Shown here: one piece after another, positions 8,664 through 16,931 of the stretch
Layout: every line of letters starts with the position of its first letter
Numbering within the stretch: the first letter of the stretch is position 1
IMG/VR virus record: IMGVR_UViG_3300012943_000054
Span: 1-27,049 of that record
Strand: one strand, 5' to 3'
From: a virus
Lineage: Duplodnaviria; Caudoviricetes
Length of the DNA stretch: 27,049 bases
Position numbers and translations under genes: made by a program
Notes under the pieces: model-generated
What the model saw: only the letters and a program-made list of their open reading frames with translations
Database searches by the model: none
What the model was told of the DNA's origin: nothing

Positions 8664-10109
8664 ATGAACGAAGCATTAAATTCAGTATTGACTGGTCTTG
8701 ACCAAGGATTGGTGTCTGCACAAGACATTGAAGCCTTGAACAAGGCTATCTCTGCCGGTTACGGCGGAGCTGGTAAACCAACCGACCTCACCTATGGTGG
8801 CGTCCTTCAGGCGGAATCGCTTGAATCAACCCTTAAGTCGATCACTTTCGACATGAAGAACCTTAAGTTCTGGCCAGCCATTTCGGTTGACAAGGCTTAT
8901 AACTTGTTCGAGCAATACAATCGCTTGATCTCGTACGGTTCTGATTCTGCTCCTTATATCGGCGAAGGCGGAGCTCCTCAAGAGGAAGATTCGACCTACG
9001 TACGTGACGGGCAGAAGATCGTGTTCTTCGGAACGCGTCGTCGTGTTTCTCACCAAATGACTTTGGTGCGTACGACCGTTGGCGACATCGTCGCTCAACA
9101 GGCAAAAGAAGGCACGATGCACTTGCTCAAGAACGTTGAACGTGAAATGTATTGGGGTCATGCTCATTATATGGCACAAGGTTCAGGCGCAATGAGCGGT
9201 TCTGATGCCGATCTCCCTTCTAGCTCTATCGCAATGAGTGGCTTGCTCAAGCAGCTTCTTAAAGGCGATACCGATGCTCAGCAAAAAGCCGGTGACTTCG
9301 AAGGATTTGGCGACAGCCAGTCCATCGCACAGGACCTTGCTGGTGCAGTTATCACCCAGGACGACGTTGAGCGCCTGGCTGTTATCGCTCTCGAGAACTT
9401 CGGTTCTCCTTCTGAAATGCACATTGAGCCAGCTGCTCTCTCTGCTTTCGTGAAGCAGTTCTATCCTCAATTCCGCTCGGCTCCAGGCCTTGCTAATCAG
9501 ACGGTTGGCTACGATGTGTCTAAGGTTCAAACGACCGCAGGCGCTATCGATTTCAAGCCTAACCTCTTCCTCCGTCCTCGCTCTGGTGTTCGCGCCATGG
9601 CGGTGAACGCTGCTGCTCCTGCTGCCACCTTTACGGCTTCGGGCGCTGCTGCTGGTACCGGTTCAGCACTTGCTGCTGGCGTGTATCAGGTTAAAGTGAC
9701 CGCAGTGAACGACGCTGGTGAATCTTCACCAGTTGCTTCAAGCGCTGTTACTTTGACTCTCGGCCAGAACATCGATGTCACCATCGGTTCAGTTCCAGCC
9801 GGCGTTAAGACTTGGAAGCTCTACGTCTCTGCCCCAGGCGGAGCCGCTGGAACTGAAAAGTTCGCAGGTAACTGGGCTAACGCAGGCGCTGGCGCTTATC
9901 GCTACGCTGGTCGTAAGATCGCTGGCCTTGGCGAAGCATTCTTGCTCGACATGAGTGCAGAATGCATGCGCTTCAAGCAGCTCGCTCCTCTCTCGAAGAT
10001 CAACTTCGCGATTGTGACGACCGCTCTTGAGTTCGCGATTGTTATGTACGGAGCTCTCTTCGTGTATACCCCTCGCTTCAACTGCTTGTTCCAAAACGTG
10101 GGCAAGTAA
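8664..10109 (+). CDS. Major capsid protein (SPO1/Twort-like architecture)
   Basis: 481 aa with N-terminal LNK|AISAGYG...LQAESLE, EQYNRLISYG, YIGEGG.PQEED, an Ig/FN3-like insertion (YQVKVTAVNDAGES) and C-terminal YGALFVYTP. It has an AAGGAG RBS and is followed by a terminator. Confidence 0.93.
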   Translation: MNEALNSVLTGLDQGLVSAQDIEALNKAISAGYGGAGKPTDLTYGGVLQAESLESTLKSITFDMKNLKFWPAISVDKAYNLFEQYNRLISYGSDSAPYIGEGGAPQEEDSTYVRDGQKIVFFGTRRRVSHQMTLVRTTVGDIVAQQAKEGTMHLLKNVEREMYWGHAHYMAQGSGAMSGSDADLPSSSIAMSGLLKQLLKGDTDAQQKAGDFEGFGDSQSIAQDLAGAVITQDDVERLAVIALENFGSPSEMHIEPAALSAFVKQFYPQFRSAPGLANQTVGYDVSKVQTTAGAIDFKPNLFLRPRSGVRAMAVNAAAPAATFTASGAAAGTGSALAAGVYQVKVTAVNDAGESSPVASSAVTLTLGQNIDVTIGSVPAGVKTWKLYVSAPGGAAGTEKFAGNWANAGAGAYRYAGRKIAGLGEAFLLDMSAECMRFKQLAPLSKINFAIVTTALEFAIVMYGALFVYTPRFNCLFQNVGK

Positions 10110-10140
10110 GCTAAAGCCGACACAATAAAAGTGTAGATAT

Positions 10141-10176
10141 AGGGCTGCTAACTTCGGTTAGCGGCCCTTTTTCTTT
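10141..10176 (+). terminator. Rho-independent terminator
   Basis: AGGGCTGCTAAC-TTCG-GTTAGCGGCCCT forms a 12-bp stem (one G-U pair) with a cUUCGg loop, followed by TTTTCTTT. Confidence 0.93.
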
Positions 10177-10181
10177 CCCTT

Positions 10182-10190
10182 TGGTAGAAT
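10182..10190 (+). promoter_or_regulatory. Extended -10 promoter (TGGTAGAAT), leaderless
   Basis: TG-n-TAGAAT lies 7 nt before ATG 10198, with no RBS, directly after the terminator. Confidence 0.5.
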
Positions 10191-10197
10191 CTCTCAC

Positions 10198-10611
10198 ATG
10201 GATGAAAAAGAGATTTTGCAACGTCAGGTTGACGCCCTAGAAAAGCTCCTTCAGATCAAGGAAGCTATCATTCAGGAACATGAGGCAAAGATTACTCGTC
10301 TTGAATCAGAAGAACTGCTCAGGAAGTTTCCTCAATTCCCGCAGATGCCTCAAGCCCCGTATATCTCACCACCTATCCCACCTCAGATAAATATCCCATC
10401 AGTTTGGCAACATGATCCTTGTACTGATGGCGGACTTCATCAATATGACTTTCCATGGCATTCAACTTCACCTCAACCATGTAAGAAGTGCGGTAAAACC
10501 TTACCACAACCATCGTGGACGATAACCTCCTCAAATACTGCTTCATTGCTAGAAGATGAAGAGCGCGCCCTAGGCACTATCACAGACATTGCAAATAAGA
10601 AGGACGTATAA
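10198..10611 (+). CDS. Hypothetical protein (coiled coil, Pro-rich linker, C/H zinc-binding motif)
   Basis: N-terminal heptads, a PQFPQMPQAP linker and C...H...CKKC. Confidence 0.6.
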   Translation: MDEKEILQRQVDALEKLLQIKEAIIQEHEAKITRLESEELLRKFPQFPQMPQAPYISPPIPPQINIPSVWQHDPCTDGGLHQYDFPWHSTSPQPCKKCGKTLPQPSWTITSSNTASLLEDEERALGTITDIANKKDV

Positions 10612-10618
10612 CCAGATT

Positions 10619-11275
10619 ATGAAAAAAGCCACGTATATCTGTTTCGAAGGCACTGAGGGTGTCGGTAAAACAACCCAGACTCAGAAGCTCGTTGACTATC
10701 TCAGGTCCAAGGGTTACAAGGTTCTTCAGACAAAGGAACCAGGCACAAATCACGCTCCTTTAACAATGCAATTGCGAGCGATCATGTTAGACAAACAGTA
10801 CGACGACGCTCTTACCGCTCCTGCTCGTGAGTTGATCAGTCAGGCTATTCGCTCTATCCACATGGAGAAGGTGATTCTTCCTGCTATAGCAGAGTATGAT
10901 TTCATCATCCAGGATCGCGGTGTATTATCCGGCCTTGCGTACGGAACAGCCTGCGGCAATGATGTAGAAAGATTGATTGGTTTGTCTGAATATGTCACTG
11001 AGTCGTCTAGGTTGATCTTGAATGATGGCCTATATGACAGTATAATTTATCTTAAGGGAGATACTTCTGCTGGACTGAAGAAAGCGCTTCAGGCTAAGCA
11101 AGAGTTTACTGCAGGAGATGCTATGGAAGCTCGTGGGAGTACATTCATCGAGACCTGTGGGAAAAACATGGACGACTTCTCTCAAGCGTTCAACACCAAG
11201 CCCATCTCCGTTGATGGTAAGAGTATTGATGAGGTCTTCGCAGAGATCTTGCAAGTGCTCCAATTAGGGGAATAA
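10619..11275 (+). CDS. tmk: Thymidylate (dTMP) kinase
   Basis: YICFEGTEGVGKTTQ, TKEPG and IIQDRG..SGLAY are canonical dTMP kinase motifs. The start was moved to ATG 10619. Confidence 0.88.
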   Translation: MKKATYICFEGTEGVGKTTQTQKLVDYLRSKGYKVLQTKEPGTNHAPLTMQLRAIMLDKQYDDALTAPARELISQAIRSIHMEKVILPAIAEYDFIIQDRGVLSGLAYGTACGNDVERLIGLSEYVTESSRLILNDGLYDSIIYLKGDTSAGLKKALQAKQEFTAGDAMEARGSTFIETCGKNMDDFSQAFNTKPISVDGKSIDEVFAEILQVLQLGE

Positions 11276-11278
11276 GTA

Positions 11279-12136
11279 ATGGCTAAGACCAAGAAGAAGA
11301 TCACTAAATACAAACATTACCCAGCCCCAAAAGATCAGCCAAAGGTACTTGTATTTGATATCGAGACTGCGCCTATCATCGCCCACGTTTGGGGATTGTG
11401 GGAAAACAACGTTGGATTAAACCAGATCGAATGCGACTGGCATGTTCTCAGTTGGAGCGCTAAATGGAAAGGCGCACCTGAAACTGAAGTGATGTATATG
11501 GATAATCGCAACGCTAAAAACGTTGACGATGACACGGACCTTCTAACAGCCATCTGGGAACTCCTAGATGAAGCCGATGTTGTGATTACACAAAATGGTA
11601 AATCGTTCGACCAGAAAAAGTTGAATGCCCGTTTCGTCATTAAGAAAATTAAAGATCGCCATCCTCCAAGCAGCTTTAAGCATGAGGATACTAAGCTCAT
11701 TGCTAAGCGCCATTTCGCCTTCACCTCTAACAAGCTAGAGTACATGACCGACAAGCTCTGCGTTAAGTACAAGAAGCAGAAGCATAAGAAATTCCCTGGA
11801 CACGAGATGTGGACAGAATGCTTGAAGGGCAATATAGAAGCCTGGAAAGAGATGGAAGAATATAACAAGTATGACGTTCTTGCCCTAGAAGAACTCTACG
11901 ACATTCTAGTTCCTTGGAACGGCCAAGCTGGAGTTAACTTCAATCTATATCACGACGAAGAAACCAACGTATGTAAATGCGGTGGACACACCTTCATTAA
12001 GAACGGTTTTTACTACACGAACGTTGGAAAATTCCAAAGGTACAAATGTAAAGACTGTGGAGCTGAATCTCGTGATCGCAAGAACCTTCTCTCTAAGGAG
12101 AAACGAGAATCCCTACAGACTAACACTGTAAGGTGA
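11279..12136 (+). CDS. RNase H-like / DnaQ-type 3'-5' exonuclease with C-terminal zinc ribbon
   Basis: ExoI FDIET, ExoII NGKSFD and ExoIII YNKYDV motifs, plus C-terminal CKCG...CKDCG. Confidence 0.85.
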   Translation: MAKTKKKITKYKHYPAPKDQPKVLVFDIETAPIIAHVWGLWENNVGLNQIECDWHVLSWSAKWKGAPETEVMYMDNRNAKNVDDDTDLLTAIWELLDEADVVITQNGKSFDQKKLNARFVIKKIKDRHPPSSFKHEDTKLIAKRHFAFTSNKLEYMTDKLCVKYKKQKHKKFPGHEMWTECLKGNIEAWKEMEEYNKYDVLALEELYDILVPWNGQAGVNFNLYHDEETNVCKCGGHTFIKNGFYYTNVGKFQRYKCKDCGAESRDRKNLLSKEKRESLQTNTVR

Positions 12137-12140
12137 TTTT

Positions 12141-12701
12141 ATGAAGTTCAAAGAGATTGAGTACAAGTATGACGCAAAAGACGTCAGCATGAATAAGTTT
12201 GTCGATATGATGGAAACATTCAAGATCGATAAGAAGATGCTGGTGAGCTCATATGATGACTACTTTACCGACTCTGCGGGCAACTTCATTCGCTATCGCT
12301 ACACGGACGGCAGGGGCGAGCTCACTATCAAGCGCAAACTGAGTGAACACAACAATAACGAACGCATCGAAGTCAATGTTCCTACAGCCGGGGACAATCT
12401 TAAGACCACTGAAGCGTTTGTCAACCTCCTTGGATACACCCATAATTTCGGCATCTATAAGACCTGTAAGATCTACTGGATTGATAAGGTCGTTCTTGTC
12501 TACTACGTAGTGTATGACAAGGAGATGAAGGAACAGCGTCGTTTCATTGAGATTGAAGCTAACGAAGATCTTCCTTGGGAGTCTGAACAGGCTGCCTGGG
12601 ATGAGATTCAGAAGTGGGAAAAGGTTATTGAACCACTGGGCATTACCCCTAAGAATCGACTCAGAAAGTCACTCTTCGAACTCTTTCGTAAAGCGTCCTG
12701 A
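12141..12701 (+). CDS. CYTH (triphosphate tunnel metalloenzyme) domain protein
   Basis: N-terminal EIEYKY (ExExK), DDYF, IRYR, ELTIK, RIEVN and FIEIE. Confidence 0.85.
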   Translation: MKFKEIEYKYDAKDVSMNKFVDMMETFKIDKKMLVSSYDDYFTDSAGNFIRYRYTDGRGELTIKRKLSEHNNNERIEVNVPTAGDNLKTTEAFVNLLGYTHNFGIYKTCKIYWIDKVVLVYYVVYDKEMKEQRRFIEIEANEDLPWESEQAAWDEIQKWEKVIEPLGITPKNRLRKSLFELFRKAS

Positions 12702-12720
12702 CCTTTAAAAGATCGGGAAT

Positions 12721-12773
12721 TAAGTCCTCTCTAAGGTATAATGGTCTCTAAGGTTAACCTTAGGAGAGAGACC
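12721..12773 (+). promoter_or_regulatory. Promoter TAAGT-N9-GGTATAAT followed by an RBS-sequestering hairpin
   Basis: GGTATAAT at 12735-12742. GGTCT-CTAAGG-TTAA-CCTTAG-GAGAG-AGACC (12743-12773) ends at ATG 12774. Confidence 0.65.
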
Positions 12774-13091
12774 ATGAAAACATCCAATCTTGCATCAGCA
12801 ACACTTAACCACTCTGAATCCGGCCTAGTCTGGGAAGAGAAGTTATCTGGTGCTACTGGCACTATCGAAGTAGTTGAATACACTACCTTTCGTGTCCGCG
12901 CCACTGGCGCAACCACTGTTACTATTGACGGCGTTCTGGCAGCCACTATGTCTACTGGCGAGATCATGATCTTTAATGCCGGTCGCGGTGATCCAGACGA
13001 CACTAAGCCAACAATTTCTATCGTTATTGCTGCAGCATCAGCCTTTGTTCAGGTCGCCCGTAATACGGATCGCCCAAAACTAGCTGTCTAA
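12774..13091 (+). CDS. Small beta-rich putative virion protein
   Basis: 105 aa, Thr/Ala/Val-rich, with an AGGAG RBS. The start was moved from 12741 to 12774. Confidence 0.55.
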   Translation: MKTSNLASATLNHSESGLVWEEKLSGATGTIEVVEYTTFRVRATGATTVTIDGVLAATMSTGEIMIFNAGRGDPDDTKPTISIVIAAASAFVQVARNTDRPKLAV

Positions 13092-13104
13092 TTTAGGAGC
13101 CGCC

Positions 13105-14337
13105 ATGGAACTGAAGAGTTTCAAGGAGATCCTTCTTAAGAAAGCAGAAGGCAATCCTTATTTACAAACATTGATCAAGTACGCTAAAGACGACTTGCTC
13201 GCAGAAGAAGTCATCGAGTCTCTCCTTAAGATGGCAGAGCCTTCTGCAGCTATGGGTCGTGGCGCAAACTCAGCCTTAACTTCATTTGCCGGCCACATGG
13301 ATAACTCCGATGTGGAACAAATGCGCGACGCACTTGGACATCATGTCTCTCACTACCGTGGCGCTCTTAAATCTATGCATGCTGCTCAGGACCCTACGCA
13401 GAAAGCAAAACTGCGTGGGGTTGCTGACCAACATCTAAATCGTATCGTCCCTCTTATGCACTTGGCTGGTCGTGCTGGAAAGCACTCCGGCGGCAAGATG
13501 ACGTTGGACTATCATACAACTACTCCTTGGGAAAGTAACTACACTACTCTCGAGCGTCACCCTGAAACGGGTAAGCTTAAGGAAGGTACGAAAGACTTAG
13601 GTCGCCGTGCTTCACCTAAAGCTAACCGCGAGAAGAACCCTCGTGCAGTTCCAGATTATCGTTATTTGGAGATGGCACCTCACGGTGAACATCCAACTAC
13701 TAGCCGCATGCCTCACAAAGGTGGATATCCATTTGAAGAGATTCAACTAGGATCTCCAGCTAAGCGTGATGCTGGACAAGCATATCTTCCTATTGAAGAT
13801 ATCGCCGACAAGCAAGATTACACTCCTCATCCTTTCGACGAACATCCAATTCATTCTGTTTCTGATCACGCTGAGCATCATCTCAACCCAGAACAGAAAG
13901 AAAAGTTCATTCAAGATCTAGCTGCTTGGAAGAGTGGAGACAAGCATAAGGCTTGGCTTGCTTCACAGAAAGAAAGATTTCAGAAAGATCCAGAAGCTTA
14001 CAAAGCTCGTGGAACTAAGAAGCCAGGTCATCATTACGAAGGCATTCCTTTGAGTGAACAGCCTGAACACGCAAGAGCTAAGGCTCAACCTGCTGCAGTT
14101 GCTTCCGCACCTGTAGAAGGTAATGCCCCTATTGCTCCAGCTGAAGCTGCCGCATTGCCTCCAGAACAGGCTAAGGCCGTTCAGTTGGCAGAAGCAACCA
14201 AACCAAAAGGTAAGACTTCGGTAGACATCAGCAAGCCACCTAAAGAAGGTTTGCCTCAGCCTATCGTCGATTCTTGGGATTCTCTTCCTGATAAACTCAA
14301 GCGTGACCTACTCGCTGCTCTAGCGGAGAAGAAGTAA
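13105..14337 (+). CDS. Putative internal head protein (His/Pro-rich)
   Basis: AGGAG RBS. N-terminal LKSF, LLKKAE and LLKMAE motifs resemble those in the scaffold. No domain was recognised. Confidence 0.55.
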   Translation: MELKSFKEILLKKAEGNPYLQTLIKYAKDDLLAEEVIESLLKMAEPSAAMGRGANSALTSFAGHMDNSDVEQMRDALGHHVSHYRGALKSMHAAQDPTQKAKLRGVADQHLNRIVPLMHLAGRAGKHSGGKMTLDYHTTTPWESNYTTLERHPETGKLKEGTKDLGRRASPKANREKNPRAVPDYRYLEMAPHGEHPTTSRMPHKGGYPFEEIQLGSPAKRDAGQAYLPIEDIADKQDYTPHPFDEHPIHSVSDHAEHHLNPEQKEKFIQDLAAWKSGDKHKAWLASQKERFQKDPEAYKARGTKKPGHHYEGIPLSEQPEHARAKAQPAAVASAPVEGNAPIAPAEAAALPPEQAKAVQLAEATKPKGKTSVDISKPPKEGLPQPIVDSWDSLPDKLKRDLLAALAEKK

Positions 14338-14338
14338 T

Positions 14339-16087
14339 ATGCCAGGTTTTGTTAAGACACCTAAAGATGAAGCTAGATGGTCTAAAGCTAAGAATGCTGC
14401 GAAGCGCTCTAAAGGCAAGGACGAGGCTTCTTTTCAAGATCAAGATTGGGCTCTTGTAAACCACATCTATCATCAGATGGGTAAGGCCGAAGAGCTTGGA
14501 AAAGCAGTTAAAGATATTTTGCAGACTTCTAGCGACCCAGCTTCTATCGAGGAGTTGAAGTCGTTTTTAGAGAAGGCTCGTAGACGTATGTCTGACGAGG
14601 TTAACGATGCTGATGATGAGGATCAAGAGCTAGGCGAAGGATTTCGCGAGTTTGATCCAGACGAAGAGTCTGGTGACGATGCTGATCGTTGGTTGCAAGA
14701 AAATGACCCTGAAGCGGTCAAGGATGAAGAAGATGAAGAAGATCAAGGAAGCGATGATGAAGGCAGTGAGTTGCCTAGAGAGTATGATGAGTACGGCCCT
14801 GATGAAGATGAAGATGACCATCAACAGCTTAGCAGCGAAGGTGAGGAGCCTGTTGACGAAGACGTTGATGCCGAAGCTCCACAAGCCGGAAGCCAAAGTG
14901 ATCAGCCTCAAGAAAGCCCGCAAGAAGCGCCAGAACAAGAAGAAGTAACTTCTGGTGGTGGCAGGTTTCCACAGCCTTCTAAGGAAGACATTAATGAGAT
15001 GCGCCAGTACACTCGCCCCTGGGAGAGTCGTGCTCGTGATACTCAGCGTCTAACTGCAGAAGCCTCTAAGAATCCTGTTCTACATCACCAAGGTCGAGTT
15101 GTTGAAGCTCGTCAAGCTGCCCATGGCGATCGCCAAGCCGCTTACGATGCTTTCCAACAGTCGCCAGAATACAAGAACGCAGATCCTATCTCTCAAATGG
15201 AGATGGATGCTAAGTTCAACCAAGATTGGCACGAAAAGAACCCAGAGCATCTTAAGAATGCTGTAAAGCTTCATGAACGCGCACACTTGCATGGTCTAAA
15301 GGGTTACGGCGAGCATGCCGGTTCTAAGGTTGAAGATATCGCTCACGTACGTGGCGGTGGAGCTCAACCCGAAGAAGCCATGTCTACTGAAGCCGGCATG
15401 CAGCATGCTGGTGGCTCTAAAGGTGAAGAAGGAACTGTGGGTTCAACAACCCAAGATCCTGCGTCTGCTTTTGCTAATGCCAACCAGAAGTTCTTGCAAG
15501 AGAAAGGTGCTGGCTTAGAAGCTCGCGCTGGAAAACGTAAGGGTACTTATCAAGATCTTGCTAGCGGATATGCTAAGAAGGTCGGTGAGATCCCTGAATA
15601 TGATAGAGCTGAAGTTCATCGTGTGTTGGGAGATCATCCTGCACTCAAGGATCCTCAGAAGAAAGCCAAGGTTGATAAGTTCTTTGAACACTATCATCCT
15701 TTGATCGGTATGTCTGCGAAGAAGGTTATGGACAAGCTTGGATTAGATTCTAAGCGCGGTGACCTAGATATGGGTGCATTGCACGAAGCTGGTATGCATG
15801 GTTTGTTTCAAGCTATCAACGACTACGAGCATGAGAATCCAAGTAAGGCTAGCTTCTCGACTCACGCATCTAACAAGATCCGTGGATTGATGCAGACCGC
15901 TTTACGTGATCAGCAAAAGATTGCCCCAGAGCTCAAAACTGGTGCCAAAAAGTACAACCTTCAGTCAATGTTGCCGGCCCATGGTCCTGATGTTGGTGAT
16001 AGGATGAAGCGTATCAATACGTTTAGACAAGTTCATCAAGCCAAGGGACCTAAGATCCCTAAGCCTGAAGGCGGAGGACAACAGTAA
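14339..16087 (+). CDS. Putative internal head protein with acidic region and C-terminal sigma70-family (FliA-like) region 2
   Basis: HYHPLI...LHEAGMHGLFQAINDY...ASFSTHASNKIRGLMQTALR parallels FliA r2 (YAPLV...LIQAGMIGLLEA.ERY...ASFETYA..RIRGAM.DELR). It also has a D/E-rich tract and GKAE, LKS and LEKA motifs. Confidence 0.7.
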   Translation: MPGFVKTPKDEARWSKAKNAAKRSKGKDEASFQDQDWALVNHIYHQMGKAEELGKAVKDILQTSSDPASIEELKSFLEKARRRMSDEVNDADDEDQELGEGFREFDPDEESGDDADRWLQENDPEAVKDEEDEEDQGSDDEGSELPREYDEYGPDEDEDDHQQLSSEGEEPVDEDVDAEAPQAGSQSDQPQESPQEAPEQEEVTSGGGRFPQPSKEDINEMRQYTRPWESRARDTQRLTAEASKNPVLHHQGRVVEARQAAHGDRQAAYDAFQQSPEYKNADPISQMEMDAKFNQDWHEKNPEHLKNAVKLHERAHLHGLKGYGEHAGSKVEDIAHVRGGGAQPEEAMSTEAGMQHAGGSKGEEGTVGSTTQDPASAFANANQKFLQEKGAGLEARAGKRKGTYQDLASGYAKKVGEIPEYDRAEVHRVLGDHPALKDPQKKAKVDKFFEHYHPLIGMSAKKVMDKLGLDSKRGDLDMGALHEAGMHGLFQAINDYEHENPSKASFSTHASNKIRGLMQTALRDQQKIAPELKTGAKKYNLQSMLPAHGPDVGDRMKRINTFRQVHQAKGPKIPKPEGGGQQ

Positions 16088-16923
16088 TGCCTATTAGTAA
16101 AACACCAACGGTAGCACCGTTTCCATCATGGTCTGTTGAGCAGGACGAAACCGCTCACAGATATGAATCTATTCCTACTGCGCAGAGTATGCGTGAGAAG
16201 TCGTTGTTTGGTCTTCCCCTCAAGTCTTTCTTGACTGGTCAAGAAGTTTCTGATGCGACGCTTGAACGTTATATCAACGAAGCTATTTCCCAAGTGGAAC
16301 ATGAGCTCGATCTGTATATCACCCCAACCGTGTTCGAAGAGCGTCACGACTATTCTCGTGAGATGCAGTTCTGGAGCTTTGGTTACTTAAAGATTAACCA
16401 TGCCCCTATTCTCAGCGTTGAGAAGTATCAGCTCACGTTCAATAATGGAATCGGTGTTCCGGGCAGTTTGCCTCTCGTGGATATTCCGCTTGAGTTCATC
16501 CATGTTCAACCTCAAGAAGGGACAGTTCAACTTGTTCCTGCTCAGGGTGTAACTATCTCTGGCTTCATCGTGTCGATCTACTCAGGTCTCGGATATCATG
16601 CTTTTAACTCTCAGGCTATCACTAACTGGCCTGGAGCTGTGTTCATTCGCTATACTGCTGGCTTCGAAAAGGACAAGATTCCAGCATTGCTTGCTGGTCT
16701 CATTGAGAACATCGCAGCAATGAACTTCCTTTCGACTATGGGACCTATCTTGTTCCCACATAACTCTGTAAGCATCAGCATCGATGGTACTTCTCAGAGC
16801 ACTGGTACTTTGGGACCAAACTTCCTTAAGGGACGCTTGGATGACTTAGGTAAAATGATTAAGGATCAGATGGAAGCAGCTCGTGGTTACTACCAGAAGC
16901 GCTTCTTGATCGATTACTTGTAA
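16087..16923 (+). CDS. Head-tail adaptor/neck protein
   Basis: LERYINEAISQVEHELD, EERHDY, IRYTAGF...IPALL and SVSISIDG are typical of gp6/gp15-like connectors. TAATG coupling. Confidence 0.7.
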   Translation: MPISKTPTVAPFPSWSVEQDETAHRYESIPTAQSMREKSLFGLPLKSFLTGQEVSDATLERYINEAISQVEHELDLYITPTVFEERHDYSREMQFWSFGYLKINHAPILSVEKYQLTFNNGIGVPGSLPLVDIPLEFIHVQPQEGTVQLVPAQGVTISGFIVSIYSGLGYHAFNSQAITNWPGAVFIRYTAGFEKDKIPALLAGLIENIAAMNFLSTMGPILFPHNSVSISIDGTSQSTGTLGPNFLKGRLDDLGKMIKDQMEAARGYYQKRFLIDYL

Positions 16924-16931
16924 GAGGAACT

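Noticed and set aside
9600-9920. Ig/FN3-like insertion in the major capsid protein as a novelty
   Set aside because: A comparable insertion domain is normal for SPO1/Twort-type capsid proteins.
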